64,000 nt of DNA from an uncultured Lachnospiraceae bacterium (GTDB lineage: Bacteria > Bacillota > Clostridia > Lachnospirales > Lachnospiraceae): contig CANSTU010000009.1 of assembly GCA_947650005.1 (NCBI GenBank), positions 4,743-68,742 of the forward strand. The letters are read 5' to 3'. Position numbers and translations under genes: made by a program. Below are positions 30,830 to 39,761 of this stretch, piece after piece. The stretch's first letter is position 1. Each line of letters begins with the position of its first letter. The notes below the pieces were generated by a model. That model was not told where the DNA came from. It made no database searches and saw nothing but the letters and a program-made list of their open reading frames with translations.

Positions 30830-31085
30830 ACCGCTTTATGGTGCTTCTTTCCCCGATTACTAACAGGTTATCACTTCCCCCTTTTCTTGTCAATTTATAC
30901 CGAAATTTACACATCTGGAAAATACATCGTTCGTCAATCCTTTTGCGCCTACCCATGTTAATAAACATGCCTTTCCGTAACCTGCGAATTTGAGCTGCAG
31001 GCATAAATTCACGGTTGTAAAATGATTGCAAAGACATTTTTCCATCTACTCTCCGATCCGACGCCATACGCCTGTAGAGATCCTC

Positions 31086-32471
31086 TCATTCTCGGTATGT
31101 CAGTTCCATGTTCCCGAATGTGACCGCATCCCCGTCCTCCAGGATAATGGTTTCCTCCTGCTCCATGCGTATTCCATTCACATAAGTACCGTTGGTAGAA
31201 TTTAAATCGATCAGGGCCGTTCTTCCCCCTTTCTCCACGAACCTGGCGTGTATACGGCTTACGGATGCATCCGGAAGCAGAAGCTGTACCCGGCTCCTCA
31301 TTTTACCGACCATAACCGGAAGTCTGTCCAGGGAATATTCCTGCCCGCCCTCCTGCATATCCACCAGCCTTGGCCTACCCCTTCCATCCGGCTCCTCTCC
31401 GCTTCCCATCGTTCCTAGAAATACCGTAGGGCCATTCAGTCCGTCTGCGTTCTCTTCTTCCAAATAAAAGGAATCATTCCTGCCAATTTCCACATCTTCT
31501 TCCTTCTTCTCGGGCTTCCTATCCCGATCTCTTGTAAACATTACTTTCCACAGGAACCAAAGTGACAACATACCGTCCAGCGTAAGAAGTCCAAACAGGC
31601 ATATCTTTTCATTCCCCGTCGGCTGCAAATACCAGATTGACGCACATAGCATAAAAAAAGCAAGAAAAGCGCCGGCCAGCCCTGCTATATGCCATCCCTT
31701 CCTATGCGCACACCCCCTCTTCTCTCCATCCGTCTCCTCTAAATCCAAACTTCCTTCTTTGATCCAGTTGTTATAACCAGATATTGCAGGCCTTTCCTCA
31801 TCCCCTTCTTCCGCTCCATCCTGCGTTCCCCAATACTCATAAATTCCTTCTTCCTCACGAAAATAATTATTGCCCCAATCCTCCGCAACAGCATAGACCG
31901 TTTCCCCTCTTTTTGTTCCGCGCCCCTTTTCCAGGATGGTGCGGAAGCTTTCTATGGTAAAACTCTCCACCTTGGACATTTTATAGAATTGATAGGCTGC
32001 GGCCACCCCCTGTTCTTCCCTGTGATCCACATGCTCCAGAAGAAATTCTGCCACAGGAAGGTAGATGCTTCCCCATCTTTTCTGTACGGATCCAAAAGGA
32101 TCATACAGGAATAGCAGCTGTTCTGTTTCCAGATCCATATAGATGTATTCTGGTTCCAGGACCAGCCCGCTTTCTTCTAAAAGATACTCCGTGATCGTAT
32201 CTTGCACCTGCGCGAGATTATCCACGATTCCCCGAATCCCAGCATATCCTATTTTTGTGGATTCGTATAACCGTCCCAGTGACTGCCTTGAACTGATATC
32301 GTAATAAAGGCAGGCCCCTCCCTCCAAAAACCTTTCGCTGCACGGCAGAAGGCCCGGAATCCTGTTTCTTAAAATCATCTGACACTGGTATTTTCCCAAT
32401 TCTTCTTCCAAAAGCCCATCGACGACCAAATAACTGTGACTCAATTCCCGTTTATACAACGGCTTTTTCAT
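31086..32471 (-). CDS. Membrane protein with a C-terminal FHA domain (last gene of the Tad-like operon)
   Basis: 461 aa. It has an N-terminal soluble domain of about 230 aa and two hydrophobic helices (IAGLAGAFLAFFMLCASIWYL, LFGLLTLDGMLSLWFLWKVMF). The C-terminal FHA pattern reads VMVGKMRSRVQLLLPDASVSRIHARF...LIDLNSTNGTYVNG...LEDGDAVTFG. Confidence 0.8.
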   Translation of the reverse strand: MKKPLYKRELSHSYLVVDGLLEEELGKYQCQMILRNRIPGLLPCSERFLEGGACLYYDISSRQSLGRLYESTKIGYAGIRGIVDNLAQVQDTITEYLLEESGLVLEPEYIYMDLETEQLLFLYDPFGSVQKRWGSIYLPVAEFLLEHVDHREEQGVAAAYQFYKMSKVESFTIESFRTILEKGRGTKRGETVYAVAEDWGNNYFREEEGIYEYWGTQDGAEEGDEERPAISGYNNWIKEGSLDLEETDGEKRGCAHRKGWHIAGLAGAFLAFFMLCASIWYLQPTGNEKICLFGLLTLDGMLSLWFLWKVMFTRDRDRKPEKKEEDVEIGRNDSFYLEEENADGLNGPTVFLGTMGSGEEPDGRGRPRLVDMQEGGQEYSLDRLPVMVGKMRSRVQLLLPDASVSRIHARFVEKGGRTALIDLNSTNGTYVNGIRMEQEETIILEDGDAVTFGNMELTYRE

Positions 32472-32592
32472 GATGCCTCCCCTCCGCGCGCCTGCGCATC
32501 CCGCTTCTTCGATTCGTATACAAGATTAGGCTAAAAATGACATTCTGCCGCTTTTAACCGTGAATTTACGCCCGCTAAAACGGGCAGGATGG

Positions 32593-33078
32593 TTAAGATG
32601 ACGAAAGCATTCTCATTCCCCGAATGAACGCCGCGGCAGACCTGATCCTGGCACGTTTTTCCGCTCTAATCTGCCAGACTCTATTTTCCAGAGGAAAAAT
32701 TTCGGGAAACGGAAGCGCAATTTCCACTTCCAGCGTAACCTTCACCTCCAATCCCGTAGCCGTTACCTCTGTTTTCAAATTTCGAACTGGCAGGACGCTT
32801 TCTTCCAGAATCTTTTCCACTTCCTCGGACGCCACAGTTCCCCGATCCCTCCCGGCTCTTGCCAGACTTCCCCGTAAGGCGGCGATATAGGCTGCCTGAT
32901 TCAGAAAAGTCGCCGTATATAGATAGAAGGAAAGGAGCATGAGGAAACCGCAAAGCATTGCCGTCATGGGCATCAAAAGGCTTGCCTCCAGCGTCATATA
33001 TCCGTTGCTTCTCTCATGCCCTTCCCTCTTTTCCGGCCTTAACCCTTCTCTCTTTTTCTTGCCTTCGCTTATCCACAT
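32593..33078 (-). CDS. TadE-like pseudopilin/pilus-assembly protein
   Basis: I start it at MWISEGKKK (ATG is the complement of 33076-33078), which overlaps the peptidase stop by 10 nt. It has the prepilin-type motif G/YMTLEASLLMPMTAMLCGFLMLL (G-x4-E followed by a hydrophobic helix). 161 aa. Confidence 0.6.
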   Translation of the reverse strand: MWISEGKKKREGLRPEKREGHERSNGYMTLEASLLMPMTAMLCGFLMLLSFYLYTATFLNQAAYIAALRGSLARAGRDRGTVASEEVEKILEESVLPVRNLKTEVTATGLEVKVTLEVEIALPFPEIFPLENRVWQIRAEKRARIRSAAAFIRGMRMLSSS

Positions 33079-33521
33079 ATCAATCCCCCAAATATTTCCC
33101 CTATCCACAGCAGCACGACTGCAGCAAGAAAAAAGGGTGCAAAGGGAATCCGTGTATGCCGTGTCCCCTTTTGGGTCAAAAGTAGAAACATTGCCGCAAA
33201 GAAAACCAGAAAACAGGCGGCCAATACCTGCGCCGTACATCGTTCCCAGTGCTGCAGCAGACCTGCCAGAATCACCATTTTCCCGTCCGCCTCTCCCAGC
33301 TTTCCATCCGAAAGACGGCCATATAGAAGCATAATCGTTCCGGGGAGGATTCCCGCCATCACCGCCTGCCATCCAGCCATCCCGCTGATCATCTTACCCC
33401 CGGCATACAGGCTACCCAGCAGCAGCCCACCATGCAAAAGCCACACCGGGATCCGCATCGTTCTACAATCATAGAAACTGCAAAATCCCAGATAAACACA
33501 TAAAAATATTCGCTCTCCCAT
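33069..33521 (-). CDS. A24-family prepilin peptidase (short TadV/CpaA type)
   Basis: 150 aa and all-membrane. Two candidate catalytic Asp contexts are present: CSFYDCRTMRIP and GKLGEADGKMV. Confidence 0.7.
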   Translation of the reverse strand: MGERIFLCVYLGFCSFYDCRTMRIPVWLLHGGLLLGSLYAGGKMISGMAGWQAVMAGILPGTIMLLYGRLSDGKLGEADGKMVILAGLLQHWERCTAQVLAACFLVFFAAMFLLLTQKGTRHTRIPFAPFFLAAVVLLWIGEIFGGLICG

Positions 33522-33541
33522 CCGCTTTCAAGCTCCCTTTC

Positions 33542-34342
33542 TCATCCACACCTGCCGCAGGGCGGAAGTCCTCCAGCCTCCGACAGGGGAACACATCGCA
33601 CCGACCGCCTCAACCCGCTGCAATTTATGGTACTATGATATCTGTCCCCCTCTCTGGTGATATAGACTGCTCCGCCATCCCTGCCTCCACATTTCTCACA
33701 GGCATGATATTTCCCGCCTGATGCATTTCTGAACTGTCCAACCTCGGATTTCGCCACCAGTTCGATGGATAGACGCAAATGGCTGCAGTTTTCCGTCATA
33801 TGATACACCGCCCCATGCTCCGTGATATAGACATAGATTTCCCCTTCTCTCGCATCGCCGCTGCGCGTTACATCATAGCCCGTCCAGGCGCGCATACAAC
33901 AGCTGCTCGTGATCATCGTCCCCGGATAAGCCAAGATAGGGACCGGCGCCTTCAGCCAAACGGGCTTTACCAGCTGGATCATTTCGTCCTGCGTCCCGAC
34001 ATTTTCTCCCGCCGCGTAAGCCAGCATGGCAAGCTGCCTGCCCTGCTGATGTAGTTCCTCCAGATTCGTGGCATATGTATGAAAAAACAGGATTAGAGAA
34101 AGAATATTGATAAAAAAGAAGAGAAACAGCGGGACCACCACAGATGCTTCCACGCTCATGGAACCAGGGCTGCTTTCTGTCCGAAAGAGAGGAAACCAGG
34201 ACACCCTTTTTATCGGTTTTATCAGGGGATTTTCTACATGATCATTGGCAATTTGGTGAGGATATAACGTTCGGAAATGAATGGCCTTTCTGTAAAATTG
34301 GGGTTGATAGTTGCAATTGTGTTTCTCCGATAAAAAAGGCAT
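33542..34342 (-). CDS. TadE-like protein with a C-terminal duplicated Cys/His (zinc-ribbon-like) module
   Basis: ATG 34342 has AGGAGG 8 nt upstream. A 62-aa leader precedes G/SMSVEASVVVPLFLFFFINILSLILFF. The C-terminus contains VYHMTENCSHL...KYHACEKCGG and RYHSTINCSGL...PPCGRCG. Confidence 0.55.
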   Translation of the reverse strand: MPFLSEKHNCNYQPQFYRKAIHFRTLYPHQIANDHVENPLIKPIKRVSWFPLFRTESSPGSMSVEASVVVPLFLFFFINILSLILFFHTYATNLEELHQQGRQLAMLAYAAGENVGTQDEMIQLVKPVWLKAPVPILAYPGTMITSSCCMRAWTGYDVTRSGDAREGEIYVYITEHGAVYHMTENCSHLRLSIELVAKSEVGQFRNASGGKYHACEKCGGRDGGAVYITREGDRYHSTINCSGLRRSVRCVPLSEAGGLPPCGRCG

Positions 34343-34450
34343 CCTGCTTTCCTCCTTTCCCTATTCTCTTATCCAGCCGGTTTTAGCCGCGCCAGCCATA
34401 TTCCAATGCGGCCAGCTTAAGGCCATATTGGGCAGAGCCGGCCGCTGCAT

Positions 34451-35938
34451 TTATTCATATTGATAGGATCTTTTAATCCGGTACTGATACCCATAGCCGC
34501 TCGACACGGATGCCTCTGCCGTCATGGCATCCATGCAGCCGTCCATCCGAAATCCTCCATTTCCGGGCGTCATACGGATGTCTGCCTCCATCACGTCCAT
34601 CAGCCTTTTGATGGAAAGCTCCTCGGACTGCAGGTAGAGGAAAGCCTCCAGATAATTTTCATAAGAAAGTCCCTCCTTCCCTTCCCCATACTCTGACAGG
34701 TGACCGCGGAAGGTGAGAAGATGCCTATACGGCGTATTCCAGCTCCCATCGTCCTTGATTAAGGGGACTTTCCGGCCGTCGAACAACATCCTCAAATCCT
34801 TCACGCTTTCCGCATAGGCCCAGGCAAATAGAATCAGGGCTTCCACCGCCTCTGCCAATTCCGGCAGTCCCAATATTGTAGTCAGAAGCAGGGCTGTTTC
34901 TCTGGCTTCCCCTCTTTTCACGCCATTTCCAAACAGATAGGACACATTGGCTGCTTCCCGGATCATCAGGATCCGATTCGCCACGCTGCGAAGATTATCC
35001 AGATCATTTTCCTTCCCTTCCAGGATGTATTCCACCTGATAGGAAAACCCGCAGCCTTGCTTCTGCCTTCCGTAAAATCCGCATTTTTCCATCATATACC
35101 TCTGGAAAATACAGGATGCAGCCACACCGGAGGGTTCCTCCTTCCCCTCGGGAAGTCCCGTTCCCTCCATTAGGCGACCGCGGTGGGAAAAAAGGCCGTT
35201 TACCGGAATATGGGTTCTGGACAGGGCACCCGGCGCTTTTGCCGCCAGCGCCAGGATTCCTTCGCCCTTCGCCTGATTTACCACATCGGACGGCAGCTCC
35301 ACATCCCTCCCTTCCCAGTCCTCTTCCTCCTCTTCCTGCCGCCTTGCTATGGCATCCTTGACTTCCCTTTCCGTTTCTGCCCTCCTTTCTTCCACATTGC
35401 TGTCCAGAAGCCCGCTTCCCTGAAGGATCTGCGCGTTCACGGCCGCCTGGCTCAAATAGCCGATCCCCCATCGGCTCTTCATATAATCCACGGCCTGGCG
35501 CTTTAGAACCACCCCCGCATTATCGCTCGCCACGGAGGCGCGCAGAATATCTATCTGTTGTGCATACATTCCGGTCAGATCCTTTCCCACCGGAATCTGA
35601 AACACCTCAAAGGGACGGAAATTCATATTCATAAAATTTCTGATATGTTCTTCCGTATTCCTGTAAGAAGGTGACTCATTCCCATAGGACATATCGATGA
35701 AAAACAGATCATACTGCGAAAGCAGCTCCCTGTGATATTCCGCCAAAGCAGAGTCCATCGCCATATCCATCACACATTCCGTCTGCGTCCGAATGGTATG
35801 CATCCTTACGCCCTCTATCACTCCCATCACCAGAGATAGGAGGATCCCTGTCACCAGGGCCAGATATACGGTTATATACCCCTTCTGCAAGTTTTGGCTC
35901 CTTTCAGATCGTCCCCGCCTGAGAGGTGATTTTTCCAA
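34451..35938 (-). CDS. N-terminally anchored 495-aa protein of the Tad-like operon (DUF5702-like as I recall)
   Basis: GYITVYLALVTGILLSLVMGVIEGV is the single N-terminal helix; the rest is soluble. Its start overlaps the pilin gene's 3' end by 35 nt. Confidence 0.5.
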   Translation of the reverse strand: MEKSPLRRGRSERSQNLQKGYITVYLALVTGILLSLVMGVIEGVRMHTIRTQTECVMDMAMDSALAEYHRELLSQYDLFFIDMSYGNESPSYRNTEEHIRNFMNMNFRPFEVFQIPVGKDLTGMYAQQIDILRASVASDNAGVVLKRQAVDYMKSRWGIGYLSQAAVNAQILQGSGLLDSNVEERRAETEREVKDAIARRQEEEEEDWEGRDVELPSDVVNQAKGEGILALAAKAPGALSRTHIPVNGLFSHRGRLMEGTGLPEGKEEPSGVAASCIFQRYMMEKCGFYGRQKQGCGFSYQVEYILEGKENDLDNLRSVANRILMIREAANVSYLFGNGVKRGEARETALLLTTILGLPELAEAVEALILFAWAYAESVKDLRMLFDGRKVPLIKDDGSWNTPYRHLLTFRGHLSEYGEGKEGLSYENYLEAFLYLQSEELSIKRLMDVMEADIRMTPGNGGFRMDGCMDAMTAEASVSSGYGYQYRIKRSYQYE

Positions 35939-36116
35939 AAATATTCGTCACCAGGCTGGTAAGCTGGCTCTTGAATATGATAACCAGGCCGATCAGCACC
36001 AGGATGATCAAAATCACCTCCACCGTCCCCATTCCTTCTTCCCCTTTCAGAACCTTTATACCTCTTTTTCTCAGTTTAGCTGCCGCACCCCGAATACTCC
36101 CAATCGCTTTACACAT
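35904..36116 (-). CDS. Flp-family type IVb/c pilin (70 aa)
   Basis: It lies inside the 95-aa track ORF. ATG is the complement of 36114-36116, with AAAGGAG 5 nt upstream. Sequence: MCKAIGSIRGAAAKLRKRGIKVLKGEEG/MGTVEVILIILVLIGLVIIFKSQLTSLV..., i.e. a basic leader, G-x4-E and a hydrophobic helix. Confidence 0.7.
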   Translation of the reverse strand: MCKAIGSIRGAAAKLRKRGIKVLKGEEGMGTVEVILIILVLIGLVIIFKSQLTSLVTNIFGKITSQAGTI

Positions 36117-36256
36117 GTAAACTCCTTTCCGCCCGTTCTGCCGGGCACTCGCTTTTATATACCATGCGCGTTCTGAGCCGTAGCTCCACATAGGGGCGCC
36201 GGCCGCCTTTCACAGCGCACGATTCCATCCAAGGTTTTTCCCGCCATTTCCGGCCC

Positions 36257-37726
36257 TTACATCCCTGTGAAGGAAAAACATGCCGGAACCATAATCAACA
36301 CCATGACCACCGTCAGCATCATAATCATGGGGAGAAGCAATTTTGTCCCCGCCCGCTCCCCTTCCTCTCTCGCATGGCGCATTCTTTCCGAAAGGGAACG
36401 GGTAGCCTCCTCCTGCAGGGAGGCGATCAGGCCGGCGGAACCCTTTTTCAGATTTTGCGTTAGCAGCGTCATACATTTCCGATACTGGGGCAGATGGCAT
36501 CTTTCCCCAAAATGTTCGTAGGCCTGGATCTCCGTCACGCCGCTCTCCATTTCCCGGCAAGTTAAAATCAGTTCCTCATACACATAACCTGTTTCATCGG
36601 ATATCCGTTTCTTCCGGTAGTCGGATGCCATCCTGAAAAAAGCTGCCCGTACTGGAAGTCCGGCGCCCATCAGCAGGACTAGTTTGCTGATGAATTCAGG
36701 ATAGGAACGCAGAAGCTGTTCCCTGCGTTCTTCCATTCTCTTTCTCAGATCCCTGTCCGGAAGGCCATATTGCGCCAAGCCAGCCATCAGGAAAACCGCA
36801 AACAGGATCAGGCTGTTATCGCTTCGATGTTCTACCCATTGAAGCGGCTCGTCCCCCTCCCGATCAGGAAGGGAAAATCCTTCGTCATAGGCCGACTCCT
36901 CATCCCTCTTCCTGATTTCCTCCAGGATTCGATTTTGCATTATTTCATCCTCTGTGAGCACGGGAGGACATACCCTGACAGGAAAGCGTTCCTCCCATTT
37001 ATCCTCAAAGTAGGTTAGCGTTGCCTTCATCCATATGACTTCTCCCTCCTTTCCTACATCCGCGTTCGTCACGCTCCCGTCGTTTTTGATCCTGCCATAG
37101 TCGCCGCTTTCCCAGGTGATCCGAAATGGAAATCCCTCCTCCCAGGAAGGCAGAAACAGGGCTGATCGCACCTCATCCAGACTTTCATTTTCTCCCTTTA
37201 GTTCTTCCTCAAGCACAGCTCTCAGCTCCTGCCGCATTTCTTCCAACTGTTTTCTGGTATATTTTCTCTCTTCCACCTCGACCTGAAGCCGTCTGTCTTC
37301 CTCTTCTCCCTCCACCTGCAGCTCGATTCTTGCTGTGCCCTGCCCGTAGGAATTTCTCCATACCCATCCCTCCTTTGTCACGCGCCTTTGCATCTGTCCT
37401 GCCATCGTAACCAACAGACCGAATATCGCTCCCAGAAAACCCAGAAACAGCAATGCGCTGATCCGCTCAGCCCTATGGCGCCGTATCATATCGGCTGCAT
37501 TCGAGGGGTATAGGATCCGCATATCCTCCCGCAGACGGATTTCTGCTGCATTTCCCCTCTTCATACTCTTTTCTCGTTTTTCCAGCCAGCGTTCCAATCG
37601 GGATGCGGGTTTTAAGAAGATACGGTACATTCGATCCGGCTTCCATCCCTCTTCGACCGCCTCCTTACTTGTCCCGATCAGAAGGGCCATTTCCAGCCCC
37701 AGGAAAATCACATAGACAGCCCACAT
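36257..37726 (-). CDS. TadC-like platform protein (T2SSF domain) with a large inserted hydrophilic domain
   Basis: The C-terminal third (LLRSYPEFISKLVLLMGAGLPVRAAFFRMASDY...LLLPMIMMLTVVMVLIMVPA) fits the T2SSF/GspF-like pattern. Residues of about 115-310 are a hydrophilic insertion between TM helices. Confidence 0.65.
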   Translation of the reverse strand: MWAVYVIFLGLEMALLIGTSKEAVEEGWKPDRMYRIFLKPASRLERWLEKREKSMKRGNAAEIRLREDMRILYPSNAADMIRRHRAERISALLFLGFLGAIFGLLVTMAGQMQRRVTKEGWVWRNSYGQGTARIELQVEGEEEDRRLQVEVEERKYTRKQLEEMRQELRAVLEEELKGENESLDEVRSALFLPSWEEGFPFRITWESGDYGRIKNDGSVTNADVGKEGEVIWMKATLTYFEDKWEERFPVRVCPPVLTEDEIMQNRILEEIRKRDEESAYDEGFSLPDREGDEPLQWVEHRSDNSLILFAVFLMAGLAQYGLPDRDLRKRMEERREQLLRSYPEFISKLVLLMGAGLPVRAAFFRMASDYRKKRISDETGYVYEELILTCREMESGVTEIQAYEHFGERCHLPQYRKCMTLLTQNLKKGSAGLIASLQEEATRSLSERMRHAREEGERAGTKLLLPMIMMLTVVMVLIMVPACFSFTGM

Positions 37727-37729
37727 CTA

Positions 37730-38542
37730 TCACACCTCGATTTCTACTATTTTACGCGACAGCAAATACGCTGCCAGGTATACGGCCAGGGCGCCCGTCA
37801 TCACCAGGATTCCTGCAGGATTGTAATAAAGGACGTCAAAAAATCCTGGAGAGGTGAGCTTCAGATATGCCATGATCAGAAAAGGGATCAGATTCATAAT
37901 TCTCTGCTCATATTTTTTCGAAGAAAGGAGCGTACGGATCTCTTGTTTTACTTCGATTTTATTACCTATGACTTCTGCGCTGCGACGTATGATATGGTTC
38001 ATATTCCCTCCTGCCCTTTTTGCTATAGAAAACACCTCCGCAAAATCCTCTATGTCACTCTGTGCGCTCCGTGCTCCCAAATCCAGGAGCAGGGTTTCCA
38101 AAGGCATATTATTTCCCACCCCCTTTTCCATGCGTTCCAGTTCCCATACCATGGCGCTTTTGCTTCCGTACAGTCTTCCCACCTCCTTCTTCGATTCAAA
38201 GAAAGCATTTTCTATGGAGTATCCGGCCTGCAGCCCTGCCGCCACGGACAGGATTGTATCCCGAAATTCCAATGCCAATTCCTGACGCCGTTTTTCAGCA
38301 AGTTGTCTTCCGTTTTCCTTTAGGTAAAGGAAAACCAGAGGCGTCAGGAAAGGCGATGCCCATAGGGAACGATAGAAGAACCAGGAAAACAGCAGCACAA
38401 TCGCAATCCCCTGCGATGTATAGATCAGCAGCTCCCGCACATTCATAGAATAGATCCGGTAGTCCGGCGCGTGCTCCTTCTTGGACGACGCCTTTTTATC
38501 CTCTCTACGGCCCAATCCCCGCCATCTTGAGTTTGTCCCCAT
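37730..38542 (-). CDS. TadB-like platform protein (T2SSF domain)
   Basis: 270 aa. FRDTILSVAAGLQAGYSIENAFFESKKEV, followed by a C-terminal TM pair. It overlaps the ATPase gene's 3' end. Confidence 0.7.
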   Translation of the reverse strand: MGTNSRWRGLGRREDKKASSKKEHAPDYRIYSMNVRELLIYTSQGIAIVLLFSWFFYRSLWASPFLTPLVFLYLKENGRQLAEKRRQELALEFRDTILSVAAGLQAGYSIENAFFESKKEVGRLYGSKSAMVWELERMEKGVGNNMPLETLLLDLGARSAQSDIEDFAEVFSIAKRAGGNMNHIIRRSAEVIGNKIEVKQEIRTLLSSKKYEQRIMNLIPFLIMAYLKLTSPGFFDVLYYNPAGILVMTGALAVYLAAYLLSRKIVEIEV

Positions 38543-39761
38543 GGATTAGTTCCCCCTTTCTTACCAACCGGCCGCGTACCCTGTTTGCGTCCCCTCCGTC
38601 TTCTTCAAATTCAAACAATACGGACAGCCGGATTTCTCCGTCCCAAATCCCCTCCACCTCGGCGATCTGCAATACCTTTCTCGTCTTATCCCGCATCCTT
38701 CCCAGATGGACGACGATATCTACGCCGGAAGCAATCTGCCTACGGATTGCGGGAAGTGGAATTTCCATCCCCATTAACATCATCGTTTCCAGGCGTGTGA
38801 GCATATCTCCTGCGCTGTTGGCATGTCCGGTGGACATGGAGCCGTCGTGTCCGCAGTTCAGGGCGCTCCCCACCAGATCCACCGCTTCCTCGCCCCTCAC
38901 CTCCCCTACGATGATCCGGTCCGGCCGCATCCGCAGGGATGTGCGGATTAAATCCCGAATGGCGATCGGACGGCATCCTTCCACATTGGCGTTTCTCGTC
39001 TCCATACGAACCAGATTGGTAATTCCCCGGATCTGTAGCTCCGCGCTGTCCTCAATGGTGATCAGCCTTTCGTCCGGCGGAATATACCCCGCCAAGGCGT
39101 TCAGAAACGTGGTTTTACCGCTGCCCGTCCCCCCGCTGATGAAAATATTGTATCTGGCTTTCACCACCTTCTCTAAGAAGTCACAAGCCTCCTGCGTTAC
39201 GGATCCTGCTTCCAGCAGTTCCTTCATGCCGATGGGTTTCTCAGGAAACCGCCTTATCGTCACCACCGGGCCGTTTAAAGCAACCGGGGCCAGCACCACG
39301 TTTACCCTGGATCCGTTTTCCAGCCTGGCGTCCACAATGGGCGATGCCTCGTTCACCGTCCGGTTACAGCCGGATACGATCTGCTGGATCACATCCTGCA
39401 GCTTCTCCCTGGACGCAAACCCCCATGGCCAGGACGAAAGCCTTCCCTCCCGTTCCACGAAAATTCCTTCCATACCATTAATCATGATCTCCGTCACCTG
39501 CGGATCATCAATCAGCTCCTGAATCGCATCCAGCCCGCGCATGGCATAGAACAATTCCCTTCCCATCCTGACGCGTTCATGGACATCCAGTTTTCCCGCC
39601 GTCTCCCTGCCCCGCAGCTTTCCTGCAATTCGATCCTGTAATTCCCCGTCCGGCATTTCCCGTGATAGATCAATCGTTTCCAGTAATTCCTCCCGGACAT
39701 TTTCCCGAATCCTTTGATACTCCTTCTCCCGTTCTCCCATTCCCTCTCTTCTTTCCTCCAT
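38505..39761 (-). CDS. CpaF/TadA-family secretion ATPase (T2SSE)
   Basis: 418 aa. Walker A FISGGTGSGKTTFLNAL, Walker B-type RIIVGEVRGEEA, and a His box GHDGSMSTGHANS. Confidence 0.9.
   Translation of the reverse strand: MEERREGMGEREKEYQRIRENVREELLETIDLSREMPDGELQDRIAGKLRGRETAGKLDVHERVRMGRELFYAMRGLDAIQELIDDPQVTEIMINGMEGIFVEREGRLSSWPWGFASREKLQDVIQQIVSGCNRTVNEASPIVDARLENGSRVNVVLAPVALNGPVVTIRRFPEKPIGMKELLEAGSVTQEACDFLEKVVKARYNIFISGGTGSGKTTFLNALAGYIPPDERLITIEDSAELQIRGITNLVRMETRNANVEGCRPIAIRDLIRTSLRMRPDRIIVGEVRGEEAVDLVGSALNCGHDGSMSTGHANSAGDMLTRLETMMLMGMEIPLPAIRRQIASGVDIVVHLGRMRDKTRKVLQIAEVEGIWDGEIRLSVLFEFEEDGGDANRVRGRLVRKGELIHGDKLKMAGIGP

Noticed and set aside
38527-39522. A 331-aa plus-strand ORF antisense to the CpaF/TadA ATPase. 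Many similar antisense ORFs occur across the window, e.g. 10678..11985, 23903..25090, 42508..43299 and 57757..58806.
   Set aside because: They lie opposite genes with strong family signatures. They have Ser/Pro/Arg-rich or otherwise skewed composition and lack an RBS, so they are typical shadow ORFs.
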